Translations under genes and position numbers: made by a program
Shown: positions 27,051 through 38,164 of the stretch, in pieces
How the letters are laid out: each line of letters opens with the position of its first letter
Numbering within the stretch: the first letter of the stretch is position 1
Notes under the pieces: model-generated
What the model was told of the DNA's origin: nothing
Databases searched by the model: none
Seen by the model: only the letters and a program-made list of their open reading frames with translations
Assembly (NCBI RefSeq): GCF_018977255.1
Contig: NW_024704742.1
Span: 29,886,001 to 29,950,000, forward strand
Direction of reading: 5' to 3'
Length of the DNA stretch: 64,000 bases
Source: Callorhinchus milii
Taxonomy: Eukaryota

Positions 27051-29369
27051 CTCTGGGTATAACAGCAGCCTGGCCTCCTGTAACTCTCTCTCTCTCTCTC
27101 TCTGGGGTATAACAGCAGCCTGGCCTCCTGTAACTCTCTCTCTCTCTCTCTCTCTCTCTGGGGTATAACAGCAGCCTGGCCTCCTGTAACTCTCTCTCTC
27201 TCTCTCTCTCTCTCTCTGGGGTATAACAGCAGCCTGGCCTCCTGTAACTCTCTCTCTCTCTCTCTCTCTCTCTCTGGGGTATAACAGCAGCCTGGCCTGT
27301 AACTCTCTCTCTCTCTCTCTCTCTCTCTCTGGGGTATAACAGCAGCCTGGCCTCCTGTAACTCTCTCTCTCTCTCTCTCTCTCTGGGGTATAACAGCAGC
27401 CTGGCCTCCTGTAACTCTCTCTCTCTCTCTCTGGGGTATAACAGCAGTCTGGCCTCCTGTAACTCTCTCTCTCTCTCTCTCTCTCTGGGGTATAACAGCA
27501 GCCTGGCCTCCTGTAACTCTCTCTCTCTCTCTCTCTCTCCGGGGTATAACAGCAGCCTGGCCTCCTGTAACTCTCTCTCTCTCTCTCTGGGGTATAACAG
27601 CAGCCTGGCCTCCTGTAACTCTCTCTCTCTCTCTCTCTGGGGTATAACAGCAGTCTGGCCTCCTGTAACTCTCTCTCTCTGGGGTATAACAGCAGCCTGG
27701 CCTCCTGTAACTCTCTCTCTCTCTCTCTGGGGTATAACAGCAGTCTGGCCTCCTGTAACTCTCTCTCTCTCTCTCTCTCTGGGGTATAACAGCAGCCTGG
27801 CCTCCTGTAACTCTCTCTCTCTCTCTCTCTGGGGTATAACAGCAGTCTGGCCTCCTGTAACTCTCTCTCTCTCTCTCTCTCTGGGGTATAACAGCAGCCT
27901 GGCCTCCTGTAACTCTCTCTCTCTCTCTCTCTCTCTCTGGGGTATAACAGCAGTCTGGCCTCCTGTAACTCTCTCTCTCTCTCTCTCTCTCTGGGGTATA
28001 ACAGCAGTCTGGCCTCCTGTAACTCTCTCTCTCTGGGGTATAACAGCAGCCTGGCCTCCTGTAACTCTCTCTCTCTGGGGTATAACAGCAGCCTGGCCTC
28101 CTGCAACTCTCTCTCTCTCTCTCTCTCTCTGGGGTATAACAGCAGTCTGGCCTCCTGTAACTCTCTCTCTCTCTCTCTCTCTCTGGGGTATAACAGCAGC
28201 CTGGCCTCCTGTAACTCTCTCTCTCTCTCTCTCTCTCTGGGGTATAACAGCAGCCTGGCCTCCTGTAACTCTCTCTCTCTCTCTCTCTGGGGTATAACAG
28301 CAGTCTGCCCTCCTGTAACTCTCTCTCTCTCTCTCTCTCTGGGGTATAACAGCAGCCTGGCCTCCTGTAACTCTCTCTCTCTCTCCTCTCTCTGGGGTAT
28401 AACAGCAGCCTGGCCTCCTGTAACTCTCTCTCTCTCTCTCTCTCTCTGGGGTATAACAGCAGCCTGGCCTCCTGTAACTCTCTCTCTCTCTCTCTCTCTC
28501 TCTGGGGTATAACAGCAGCCTGGCCTCCTGTAACTCTCTCTCTCTCTCTCTCTCTCTCTCTGGGGTATAACAGCAGCCTGGCCTCCTGTAACTCTCTCTC
28601 TCTCTCTCTCTCTCTCTCTGGGGTATAACAGCAGCCTGGCCTCCTGTAACTCTCTCTCTCTCTCTGAGCTATAACAGCAGCCTGGCCTCCTGTAACTCTC
28701 TCTCTCTCTCTCTCTGGGGTATAACAGCAGCCTGGCCTCCTGTAACTCTCTCTCTCTCTCTCTCTCTCTCTGGGGTATAACAGCAGCCTGGCCTCCTGTA
28801 ACTCTCTCTCTCTCTCTCTCTCTCTCTCTGGGTATAACAGCAGCCTGGCCTCCTGTAACTCTCTCTCTCTCTCTCTCTCTGGGGTATAACAGCAGTCTGG
28901 CCTCCTGTAACTCTCTCTCTCTCTCTGGGGTATAACAGCAGTCTGGCCTCCTGTAACTCTCTCTCTCTCTCTCTCTCTGGGGTATAACAGCAGTCTGGCC
29001 TCCTGTAACTCTCTCTCTCTCTCTCTCTGGGGTATAACAGCAGCCTGGCCTCCTGTAACTCTCTCTCTCTCTCTCTCTGGGGTATAACAGCAGTCTGGCC
29101 TCCTGTAACTCTCTCTCTCTCTCTCTGGGGTATAACAGCAGTCTGGCCTCCTGTAACTCTCTCTCTCTCTCTCTCTCTGGGGTATAACAGCAGCCTGGCC
29201 TCCTGTAACTCTCTCTCTCTCTCTCTCTCTGGGGTATAACAGCAGCCTGGCCTCCTGTAACTCTCTCTCTCTCTCTCTCTCTCTGGGGTATAACAGCAGC
29301 CTGGCCTCCTGTAACTCTCTCTCTCTCTCTCTCTGGGGTATAACAGGGCCTCTCTCTCTCTCTCTCTCT
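27051..29369 (+). repeat. Compound tandem repeat: 30-bp core GGGGTATAACAGCAG(C/T)CTGGCCTCCTGTAA alternating with variable-length (CT)n, about 45 units, in CLGN intron 1
   Basis: Directly visible; about 45 cores counted by hand. Confidence 0.97.
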
Positions 29370-29455
29370 AAGCGCCGGACACTGTGAGGCTTTGCCGCCG
29401 CCGCTCAGTGTTTGTTTCTGGTGTAATAAACAAAGTAATAAATTCACTCACTCAC

Positions 29456-29510
29456 TCGCTGCGCCGCTCAGGCCTTTGAGTCTCTGGTTCTCTCTCTCTC
29501 TCTCTCTCAC
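29456..29510 (-). other. CLGN: Probable non-coding exon 1 of CLGN (5' end uncertain)
   Basis: GTGAGT donor at 29455 (second GTGAGT 4 nt downstream at 29451), inside the only CpG island and just downstream of a CCAAT box at 29516-29520. The first coding exon starts at an acceptor 9 nt before the ATG, so an upstream exon is required. Confidence 0.6.
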
Positions 29511-29614
29511 TCGCGCCAATGGCCGCCGACGGATAAAGGCGGAGAAGCGGCTGCGACGGGACGCTCCAGAGCAGCACTGAGCACGGCGCAGGCGCACAGC
29601 GAGCAACGGACACG

Positions 29615-30270
29615 GGGGGGCGGGGTTTACACGCCGAGGGCGGGGCTACGCCAATAGAGGGGCGGGGTTACGTGGAGGGAGGGGCGGGGTCGCGCGAAGA
29701 GGGCGGGGCTACGCCAAGAGAGGGGCGGGGTTACGTGGAGGGAGGGGCGGGGTCGCCCGAAGAGGGCGGGGCTACGCCAAGAGAGGGGCGGGGTCGCGCT
29801 GGGAGAGGGGCGGGGTCGCGTGGGGAGAGGGGCGGGGTCGCGTGGGGAGAGGGGCGGGGTCACGCGGGGAGAGGGACGGGGTCGCGCGGGGAGAGGGGCG
29901 GGGTCGCGCGGGAGAGGGGCGGGGTCGCGCGGGGAGAGTGGCGGGGTCGCGTGGGGAGAGGGGCGGGGTCGCGCGGGGAGAGGGGCGGGGTCGCGCGGGG
30001 AGAGGGGCGGGGTCACGCGGGGAGAGGGACGGGGTCGCGCGGGGAGAGGGGCGGGTGTCGCGTGGGGAGAGGGGCGGGGTTACGTGGAGGGAGGGGCGGG
30101 GTCGCGCGGGGGAGGGGCGGGGTCGCGCGGGAGAGGGCGGGGTCGCGCGGGGAGAGGGGCGGGGTCGCGCGGGGAGAGGGGCGGGGTCGCGCGGGGAGAG
30201 GGGCGGGGTCGCGCGGGGAGAGGGGCGGGGTCGCGCGGGGGGAGCGCGGGGCTACACCAAGAGGGCGGGG
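29615..30270 (+). repeat. GC-rich minisatellite, ~21-22 bp unit GGGGAGAGGGGCGGGGTCGCGC, about 30 copies
   Basis: Directly visible tandem repeat. Confidence 0.95.
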
Positions 30271-30809
30271 CTCTCTTGTTGCTTGGGCAGCTGGTTATCT
30301 TGACACATGTGGCAACCCATCACCAGGCTTCGGAGCATCCAAACCAACCCGAGATTTCCATCCATCCCATCCACACGTGCAAATCCCAGAGATAGATTGT
30401 TGGGATGGACTGCGCACCCTTCCCCCTTGAAGGGACGCATCCTGCTCACCTAGTTCTGGAAAGTGTTAGGTGCACGTTGGGCAAGAGCCAAAGGGGTTGG
30501 GGACCCCAGAGTGTGCGTTGGGGTACTGTTGGTATCTAACCAGCTGAACCCGAATAGCTTGCCATTGATATTGCTTGTCCAGCTCGGACCACCCTACCTG
30601 TTAGGGCTTTGGTTTGCAGGTTTGATTAATGGGAGCTGAGTGGGAAGAGTCCCTGCCCCCGGAGACTGGTCTGCCCCTCCATGTCCTGCCGATGAACCAG
30701 GCTGGCTATCATTAGCAGTAATAATAATAATTATTGCATTTGATGTAATGCCTATAAAGTTGACAGCCCTTCACGGGTTCTTCCAGTTACATATCATTGT
30801 AACCTGGTC

Positions 30810-31205
30810 AGTTTGTAGCACTCTCACTCTGAGTCAAAGATTGTGGATTCAAACCCCCACGTCAGGACATTGAACTCCCAGTCTAGGGTGACACTCCATG
30901 GTGGTGCTGGGGTTATGGCATCATGTCAGAAGTGCCGTCCTTCAGATGAGGCATTAAACTGAAGTCCCGCCTGCCTGTTCAGGTGGATGTTGAAAATCCC
31001 AGGGTACTATTTGAAAAGTGAAGGGAGTTTCTTGCAGTGTTCTGGCCAACAATCCCCAGATAAAATTGGCCATTCACTTCGATACTGTTTGTGCGATATT
31101 GCTTGGCACAAATTGGTTTTCCTGTACATCTACAAATATACAGTTTATAGCAAATCCTGTGAAGCGCTTTGTGACATTCTGATGATGTGATAAGGTATTT
31201 TATGA
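30810..31205 (+). mobile_element. Older DeuSINE-type element (SacSINE1/AmnSINE1-like); related copies at ~33375-33775 (+), ~23985-24230 (-), ~50500-50910 (-) and ~63800-64000 (+)
   Basis: tRNA-like head (GCACTCTCACTCTGAGTC...GGATTCAAACCCC), Deu core GTGCCGTCCTTCAGATGAGGCATTAAACTGA, L2-like tail; family name from recognition, not from a search. Confidence 0.7.
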
Positions 31206-33374
31206 AATGGTTTATTATTACTTCTCTTTTGTAGGAAAATGTGGCAGCCAATTTGTGTACAACAAGCTCCCACAACTTTCATGAGCCAATATCAAAGTTG
31301 ATACCTGCATCTGTGTGGAGAATTCAAGTTTGGGAGCTCTTTACAAGGAACATGAGTAGAAGAACCAATCACAGCTTAAGAACATCATTGTAGCTTCGGA
31401 GGATGTTAATAAATCTGTAATTTCCATTAACCTGCAAAAAATAATCACGTAAACACAATGTAAATCAGCAAAATAAATATTAACATATTCAAAAAAATCC
31501 ACACTGAAAACTATAAATAACATTAGAAGCAGAATGATTATTTTTCTTCAAGCAGGCAGGGATCAGCTGAAACAAGTTTCTACCTGAACAACTAGCACTA
31601 CAGATCAGTATTCCCTGAGCTTTGACAACTACGTTTTTCACGGAAGAGCTATTCGGGGACTTATAGTACTAATTGCCTGAGGTATTTCAGAAATAGTACT
31701 TTGTCACTCTCAATATCAAGGAAAGATTTGCAGTACATTCCATTTCTCTTCATGAACTCTTGAAATAATAATTGATTTCTTGACTGATTTACCCATTGTA
31801 AAGACGTCCTATTCTGGATTTCTGCTGACCCCTGGAGACAATCTGATGATGATCAGGTATGGCTGTATATCTAACCTATAATATAGTGCAGTTCCCATGG
31901 GTTGGCATAAACAAGACACAACGGAGCTCCCATTTCAGATTTCTGAATGAAGAATCCCGTTGAGAAATACTGCTAATTAATCCCCAAAACGTGGCCTGGC
32001 CAATGACCTGTACATGTCTGGAACAATTTTTTTTTATTTGTAGTCAAATATTCACACTTACTGCTTCCTCATTTCAATATGCATTATAATAATAATCCTT
32101 ACATTTGATTGCCTTGTTGTTATCTACATTAAAATCTATATGTCACTTCTTCCCGTCTATTTTATTGATCTTAACCGTCACGAATGCTATCCTTCTTCAT
32201 CCACCTAGCCACAAAGAATTCCTCTCCTTCAGATCATTTATGCACAGTGTGAAAACCTGATGATCCAGAAAAGACCCTCTATCTATTAAATAGCCTTTAT
32301 CCAAGGGATTAGTGACTTCCTCAAAGAATTCCTTCAGATTTGTGTGGTATGAGATATCAATTGAATGAATCTATGTTTTTATAACACTTATAATGTCGAA
32401 ACATCTCAAAGCTCACTCCTCACAATACTTATTCCTTCTAAATCCAAATTAGTTGCTCTTTAGCTGAGCTGACAACATTATTGAGGTAACCAACCAGGCT
32501 GAGAGTCAGAGATGTAAATCTGTCTCCTACCATTGTATGGCTCCATGCATTGGGGTACCAATGTGATGATGCACCAATTAGACCACTTTTAAAAGTATCC
32601 ACATGTATATAAGCCAGAAAAATATTGATTGATCTTAAAATGCCTGCAAAGAATTTATGAACCTCTTTTAAGATGTCTCGAAGACCTGATAAAGCACTAT
32701 ATCAAATGCAAGGATTATTATTATTACTATGCTTCCTATTCATGGGATTTGAGGAGCACAGGTTTGCAACCCCTAGTGGTGATGTATCAAGAATTTAGTT
32801 TAAGCAGAAACATCGCATCTTTCAAAAAATGCAGCATGCTCCATTGCCAACCTTTTATTAAGAATTGTGCTATTGGTAAACAAATCTTCAAATTATTAGA
32901 TTTATTTTACTCCAACAAGCAAAGCGATAAAGGGCTGGCTTGAAGATTGGCTAATTTGTAACAAAGTTGAGTGAATCAAGTTAAATACCACAAGTTAGCA
33001 GCCCAAAGGGAAACCATCTGCTTTTGCACACAATAATAAATGGATATATGACTTTGGCGATCCCTATTTTGTATCATGATCTCTATTCCACGAAGACTTG
33101 GCAGCTATTAGAATTGTTTGGCAGGGGCTGGTGTGGCCTTTAGGACTCCAGTTGGACCACCCTGCTCTAAACCTTCAAAACACAATATATATAACATCTC
33201 ATAGATAATAATAATAATCCTTGCATTTGATATAGCGCTTTTCACGTCTTTTCGATGTCTCAACGCGCTTCACAGAATATACTGTAAAGTGAATTGACTG
33301 TATATGTGTGGGCGAATATACCTGAGAAGATATAACTTCTCAGAATAATATTTGGTTTTATGTGTCAGTCTGTG

Positions 33375-33775
33375 AGATAGCACTCTCACCACTGAATCAG
33401 AAGGTTGTGCATTCAAGCCACACGTCGGGACTTGGAATCACATAGTCTAAGCTAATGCTTTAATGCCGTGCTGGGAGAATGCTGTATGGTTGGAGATATC
33501 ATTCTTCGGATGAGATGTTAAACCGAGGTCCTGTCTACTTATTATTATTATTCGAAAAGAGAAGGGTCTCCTGGTGTCCTGGCCAACAATCTCCCAATAA
33601 AATTGGTCAGTAACTCCATGTTTGTTTGTGGGACATTGATGAGGGACACTGCAAATTGGCTGCCACATTCGCCTACAACTACACAATCACTACACTTCAC
33701 AGCAAAATATTGAGAAGTATTTTGAGATGTCTCAACAACGTCAAATCATTATATCGAATCTAAGGATTATTATTT
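33375..33775 (+). mobile_element. DeuSINE-type element, degenerate
   Basis: TTCGGATGAGATGTTAAACCGAGGTCCTG Deu-core motif, with head and tail like 30810-31205. Confidence 0.7.
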
Positions 33776-34918
33776 TCTTACAGGTGTTTTTTACTCCTTT
33801 CTCTCTGCATGCTTGTTGCATCCCATTCGCCCACAAAACAGGGTCTCAACACTTTACTGAATAGCCTTTGAAGCGCTTTGAGATCCTCCCAATGTGAAAG
33901 GTGCAATACCAAAATGTTAGGTTTATTATCTTTTGTCCTTCCATGGAGCACTGCTTATCTCCCTTGTGAAACATATTCTGTTTTTGAGTGATGGCCTATC
34001 ATTTGGCAGCATTGAGTTTTTTATTACTTTGTTATTCTCATTTTATTTTTGGCAGCATTTGATTATTCTAGCATTATGATTGCTCAGAAAAGAATACAGT
34101 ATTGCATTGAATTTGAAGATGGTTGGCATTATTATGTTCTCAAATAATAAGGTTATGCATTTGTGCCCATAGTAATTTTCTATTTTTTACTTGATATTCC
34201 TTTAATCTTGTGGTCAAATCTCACAATTGACAGCATTAACATTTTAAAGCATATTCTTATGGGTCCAAGTACATTCAAGACTTCAACACCAAGATTTGAC
34301 TGCAGTAACAAATGGAATTCTCATTGGGTATGAGCGGATTCTTAAGATCCTAGTGTTTAAAAAATTATATTAGTTTAAGTGCTCCAAGACTCTTCCCACA
34401 TGAAAGGTGCTATAGAAGTTCAAGCTGTTTTGGGCGTTGTAATCTCAAAATAAATGGATTTTCAACATTTCATTCTTCTCAAGAAGTTGAAGTTTGCAAT
34501 GTCACTCATGACTAAACCAATGTACTTAATATCTCAGAAACTAAGTTTGGATCTAATCTTTTCACCATCATCAGATCGCTTGCTGATGTTCACTGTTAGA
34601 GCCCACACTAGATAAATTGCTGCTTGGGTGCTTTTGTTACTTGGAGGCTATTGGTTCCCATGATTAGAGTGAGCCACCACCTTGAAAAGAGGAAAATTAA
34701 TAGAGAATATTAGGGCGGATAATGTCCAAATCATTGTATAGTTATTTCTGGTACATTGTAGTATAAAAAGTAATGGAATGTTTTGTTGACTTCATCTTCA
34801 CCTGGGTTTTATGAACAAAAAAATCACACTCCGTATGCAGTAGTAACTATGTCTTCTCACACGATACCATTCAGTGCAGCAAATTCGAAAAAGTCAGGAA
34901 CAGTGAAAATGAAAGAGT

Positions 34919-34934
34919 TTTATTTGCTTTTATT
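34919..34934 (-). terminator. Candidate tandem polyadenylation signals (2x AATAAA) for the MGAT4 gene
   Basis: TTTATT at 34919-34924 and 34929-34934, with U-rich sequence downstream on the minus strand; implies a ~2.9-kb 3' UTR. Confidence 0.45.
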
Positions 34935-36231
34935 TTTCCATTGAAAAACATCCAGGTCTGATGCATCTATCAGCAACTAATTACAAAAAAATAAGAAACC
35001 TGTAATATGATATAGAGTTGACTATCAAAGAAAAGCATGAACTTTAAAAAAAAACAAATAAATCTCCAACATTATATTCCAATTAAAGGATTGAAAAAGT
35101 GCTCCTGTTGGGAAGCTTGCATACATTGACTTTAATATCCCACATCCTCCTGACTAAAACTTCATATACAGTCTGATCCCAGAAACATCAACACTGCAAC
35201 AGAAGCACTAAGTATTGTTTTTTGGCAAGCCATGATTTATAATGTGTTCTCAGACTGAAGGCCAGTTATTGCTGTACAAACGCAGGTAGATTTCAAAATG
35301 AAAGGTGAGGGGTTAAGGTTTGAGACTCTTACATTGGAAAAAAAACTAAAACTGGTTAGTTGAGATAGTGGTTGAACACTTGATTGGATAAGGTTTATAA
35401 ACCTGACTGCCAATGTTGCCTGCCTCATTGACATGAGCTGAGGCAGCTTTCAGCCAGATGGCTCAACCAAGCTCAAGCCAGATGGATTGAGGAAAACGAC
35501 AATACCCATTTCAAGTTAATTATGGAATGACATTGACAAAAATCAGATGTCTTATGGCTAACTAACCACTATGCTTTTTGCAGTAGTGTCTGGTGTGTGT
35601 TTGGGGCTGTGTTGACTCCAGTGCAACATGACTGGCAATGGAATAATGAAATTGAGTTGATTCATTTTGGCAGATTTGGTAATCAGGTTTGTAAACCAGA
35701 CAGGTCTGCAACCAGTCATTCTGGCTCATTAGGGGGACTTGGAGAAGCAGATTGTGGCTGGAACTTTTCCCACTTAGTTATAGTTAAATCTGCAAGCCAA
35801 AGTCCTGATGGGTCCTAGTTGGACAAGTAGAGCCTTGGGACGTCCTCCAGACGTAAAAGGCACTTTACAAATGTACTTTTGTATTGTATCTAGCATTTGC
35901 AATGGCAAGCTGAGCAGGTTTAGCTGGTTAAAATCTTTAGTACCTCCCCTCCCCCAGTGCACCCGTACAGGCAATTCTTAATTAAGGAGATGGTTTTCTA
36001 CATGTGGCAGACCAAATTTAAATTAAACGGCCTGATTTTCCTGTTTGTGATAGTGAGTGCTTTGTAATCAGAGATCATGTTAATACAAAATCGTGTGTAT
36101 ATTTTTATATATCCCAAAAATCTACCTATACATAAAAATTGGTACCGTCAATACAATTTGTTTTACGATCCAAGACTTGTCGTCAAAGTTCTTTGTTTTC
36201 TCACGTAAACTGACTGTTGTCAGATGATCAG

Positions 36232-36356
36232 GCATAATACAGACTAATCAACTGGCATGTTTCATTTCAGTCTAACCCCCAAGATCTCATTGACAGATCT
36301 CGGGGTGGGGGAATGATCTGAAATTAAACATGCCAGTTGATTGGTTTGTGTTATGC
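36232..36356. repeat. Hairpin-forming inverted repeat (39-bp arms 36232-36270 / 36318-36356, plus inner stem)
   Basis: Arms paired by hand: 35 Watson-Crick pairs, 3 G-T and 1 mismatch. Confidence 0.9.
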
Positions 36357-36894
36357 AAGGTGATTTAGGACATATGCATTTTTTGGATACCCGTGCATAC
36401 TGAGTTAACGTTTTTATAAATTCTAACCTGATCTCTGGTAATGAAGGCAAAGGAGGGAAACGCACCTTGATACAGTATTTGTGCTACAAAAATGACATTT
36501 TTTAAAAAAATGTTAAATTGAATTTAATAAAACTACATTCATAAGTGTTGCTAGAACAAGAACCAGTGAATGAATGGATTTGAGAACAGCTTAATCTTTA
36601 AACTTGTAGCAGTACCACATGTGAAAGGTACCCAAAAAATAGTGACTAGATCTACCTGGCTATCAGCCAGACTGCTGGACCACCTGTTCTTTGTCTGAAT
36701 CCTTGCCCAGTCATTCAACTTTGAATTCAACATTCAAAGTCATCCTTGCCCAAAACATTCACGTTTGCTGGCCCCTCACTGGGCAAGTGAATGTTGTGCA
36801 GCACTTAGTCTCATGTGGGCTGCCTTGAGGACCTCACCAGGTTGCTAGAGACAACACTGAAAACCCAGCCAACCCAAAGCCCATAACATTTGGA

Positions 36895-37160
36895 ATCCCA
36901 GTCTGAGCTGAGTTAGCCAGGATTAGCAGCTGTGACAACTGGCCTCAGTGCTCCTGGTTTAGGGGAGAGGAGAATCACAAGGTTTCCACTTTGGGTCGCT
37001 GTATGTGAACCTCTGCTGGAGGACGCGCTTATGTGGACTTCGGGTGAGATCGGGCTCAGATATGTTGCCACTCACTGTCGAGGCTTACACATAAATAATG
37101 GGCACTTGAATGAGGTACCAGAGAACAACTGGCCGTTGAACTAAATCCCAGCAGAGGTAC
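36895..37160 (+). repeat. Ancient SINE-like interspersed repeat; diverged copy at ~59990-60210 (-)
   Basis: Collinear similarity by eye (GGCCTCAGTGCTCCTGGTTTAGGGGAG...GGGTCGCT...CCTCTGCTGG...GATCGGGCTC). Confidence 0.45.
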
Positions 37161-37621
37161 TTTGGAGTCAAAAATACTTTGGAGGAGAGGAAGGAAACTC
37201 AGCTTACGCGTATTTGCAAGCACAGGCATGACACCAACCTTAACTTTAAAGATAATTCTAAAATCAAGTTGGATGAATTGTTTTCAAAGTTCATTAACCA
37301 CTTGGCAAGAAATTCAAGTTTTCATTAAAATACACTATGCCTTTCTTGTTTTAAAAGCCTCCTGGTGAGAGTAAAGGTTTGCTGAAACAAACACAGGAAA
37401 ACAAATTCAGCATATTTATAAATAAGTTCAACTTGTTTTTAAAAGCTCATGTTTAAATTATTTGCATACTTTCAATGTCTCTCCACAATCAATTAGTCCT
37501 AAAGTTTACTCTGGCTCAGGTTGGCTGAACATGACCGAATTGTCCTTCTAATGTGGCTCCACTAGACGGCGTAGTTGTGGAAGAAATCCATCTCCATCAA
37601 AAAAAACTCCATAGTTGTTGT

Positions 37622-38164
37622 ATGTCAAAAGAGGATACAGAAAGGAGGAAGGAGATGACCTCTTAAGAAAAAATCATTGGGCTTCAGATTTTCAAATTAC
37701 GTTTCGTGTAATTATCCTTGGTTGAAGAGACAATACTGTTGGTGTATTTCTGGAAGGTAGTGGAATCTCCTTCTTGTAGTTATGTAGCTGCCTTAATGAG
37801 TATCTGAGAAAACATGCAAGCAGAATTTATTTTTAACAGCTATTTGTGATTTTTGTTGCAGACAGTAAGGGAACCTATTCTTCCCTTCCCTCTCCACACA
37901 CCACACACACAAACAATATAATGATTATCTAAAGGTCTGAAAAACACCCAGTATTTAATTATTCAAAATAATTGGTTAGCAATGTGTATACAAATAACAT
38001 ATTTACATCAACTTTATATGTAATATATATATGATATATTATAATATGATAATGTTAACTTTCACCCAAACAATTACATGACATGTAATTTGAAAATCTG
38101 AAGCCTAATGATTTTTTTCTTAAGAGGCCATCTCCTTACTCCTTTCTGTATCCTCTTTTGTCAT
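37622..38164. repeat. Inverted repeat with ~93-bp arms (37622-37714 / 38071-38164) flanking the start of the MGAT4 terminal exon
   Basis: CAAAAGAGGATACAGAAAGGAG...CTCTTAAGAAAAAATCATT.GGCTTCAGATTTTCAAATTAC and its reverse complement. Confidence 0.93.
37780..37803 (-). CDS. MGAT4D: MGAT4 terminal coding exon (ILIKAAT*)
   Basis: Pyrimidine tract + CAG acceptor, TAA at 37782-37780; resembles the short IxxKKA-type terminal exon of MGAT4A/B. Confidence 0.8.
   Translation of the reverse strand: MLIKAAT

Larger units (their letters stand above)
29370..30270 (-). promoter_or_regulatory. CpG island / CLGN promoter with CCAAT boxes (29516-29520, 29651-29655) and many GC boxes
   Basis: Very high GC and CpG density against an AT-rich background; repeated GGGGCGGGG; lies upstream of CLGN. 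Confidence 0.75.

Noticed and set aside
27051..29369. CRISPR-like array (30-bp repeats with spacers)
   Set aside because: The spacers are only (CT)n microsatellite rather than unique sequence, there are no cas genes, and the context is a vertebrate intron.
27015..29447. 810-aa ORF as a real protein-coding gene
   Set aside because: It is entirely a translation of the tandem repeat, drifts between frames with spacer length, has a GTG start and lies in CLGN intron 1.
29516..29675. Canonical ER-stress elements ERSE (CCAAT-N9-CCACG) or ERSE-II
   Set aside because: CCAAT and CCACG are present but with the wrong spacing and orientation.
29627..30430. RGG/GAR-rich ORFs of 129-252 aa
   Set aside because: By-products of the GC-rich minisatellite, open in several frames, with no splice or domain support.
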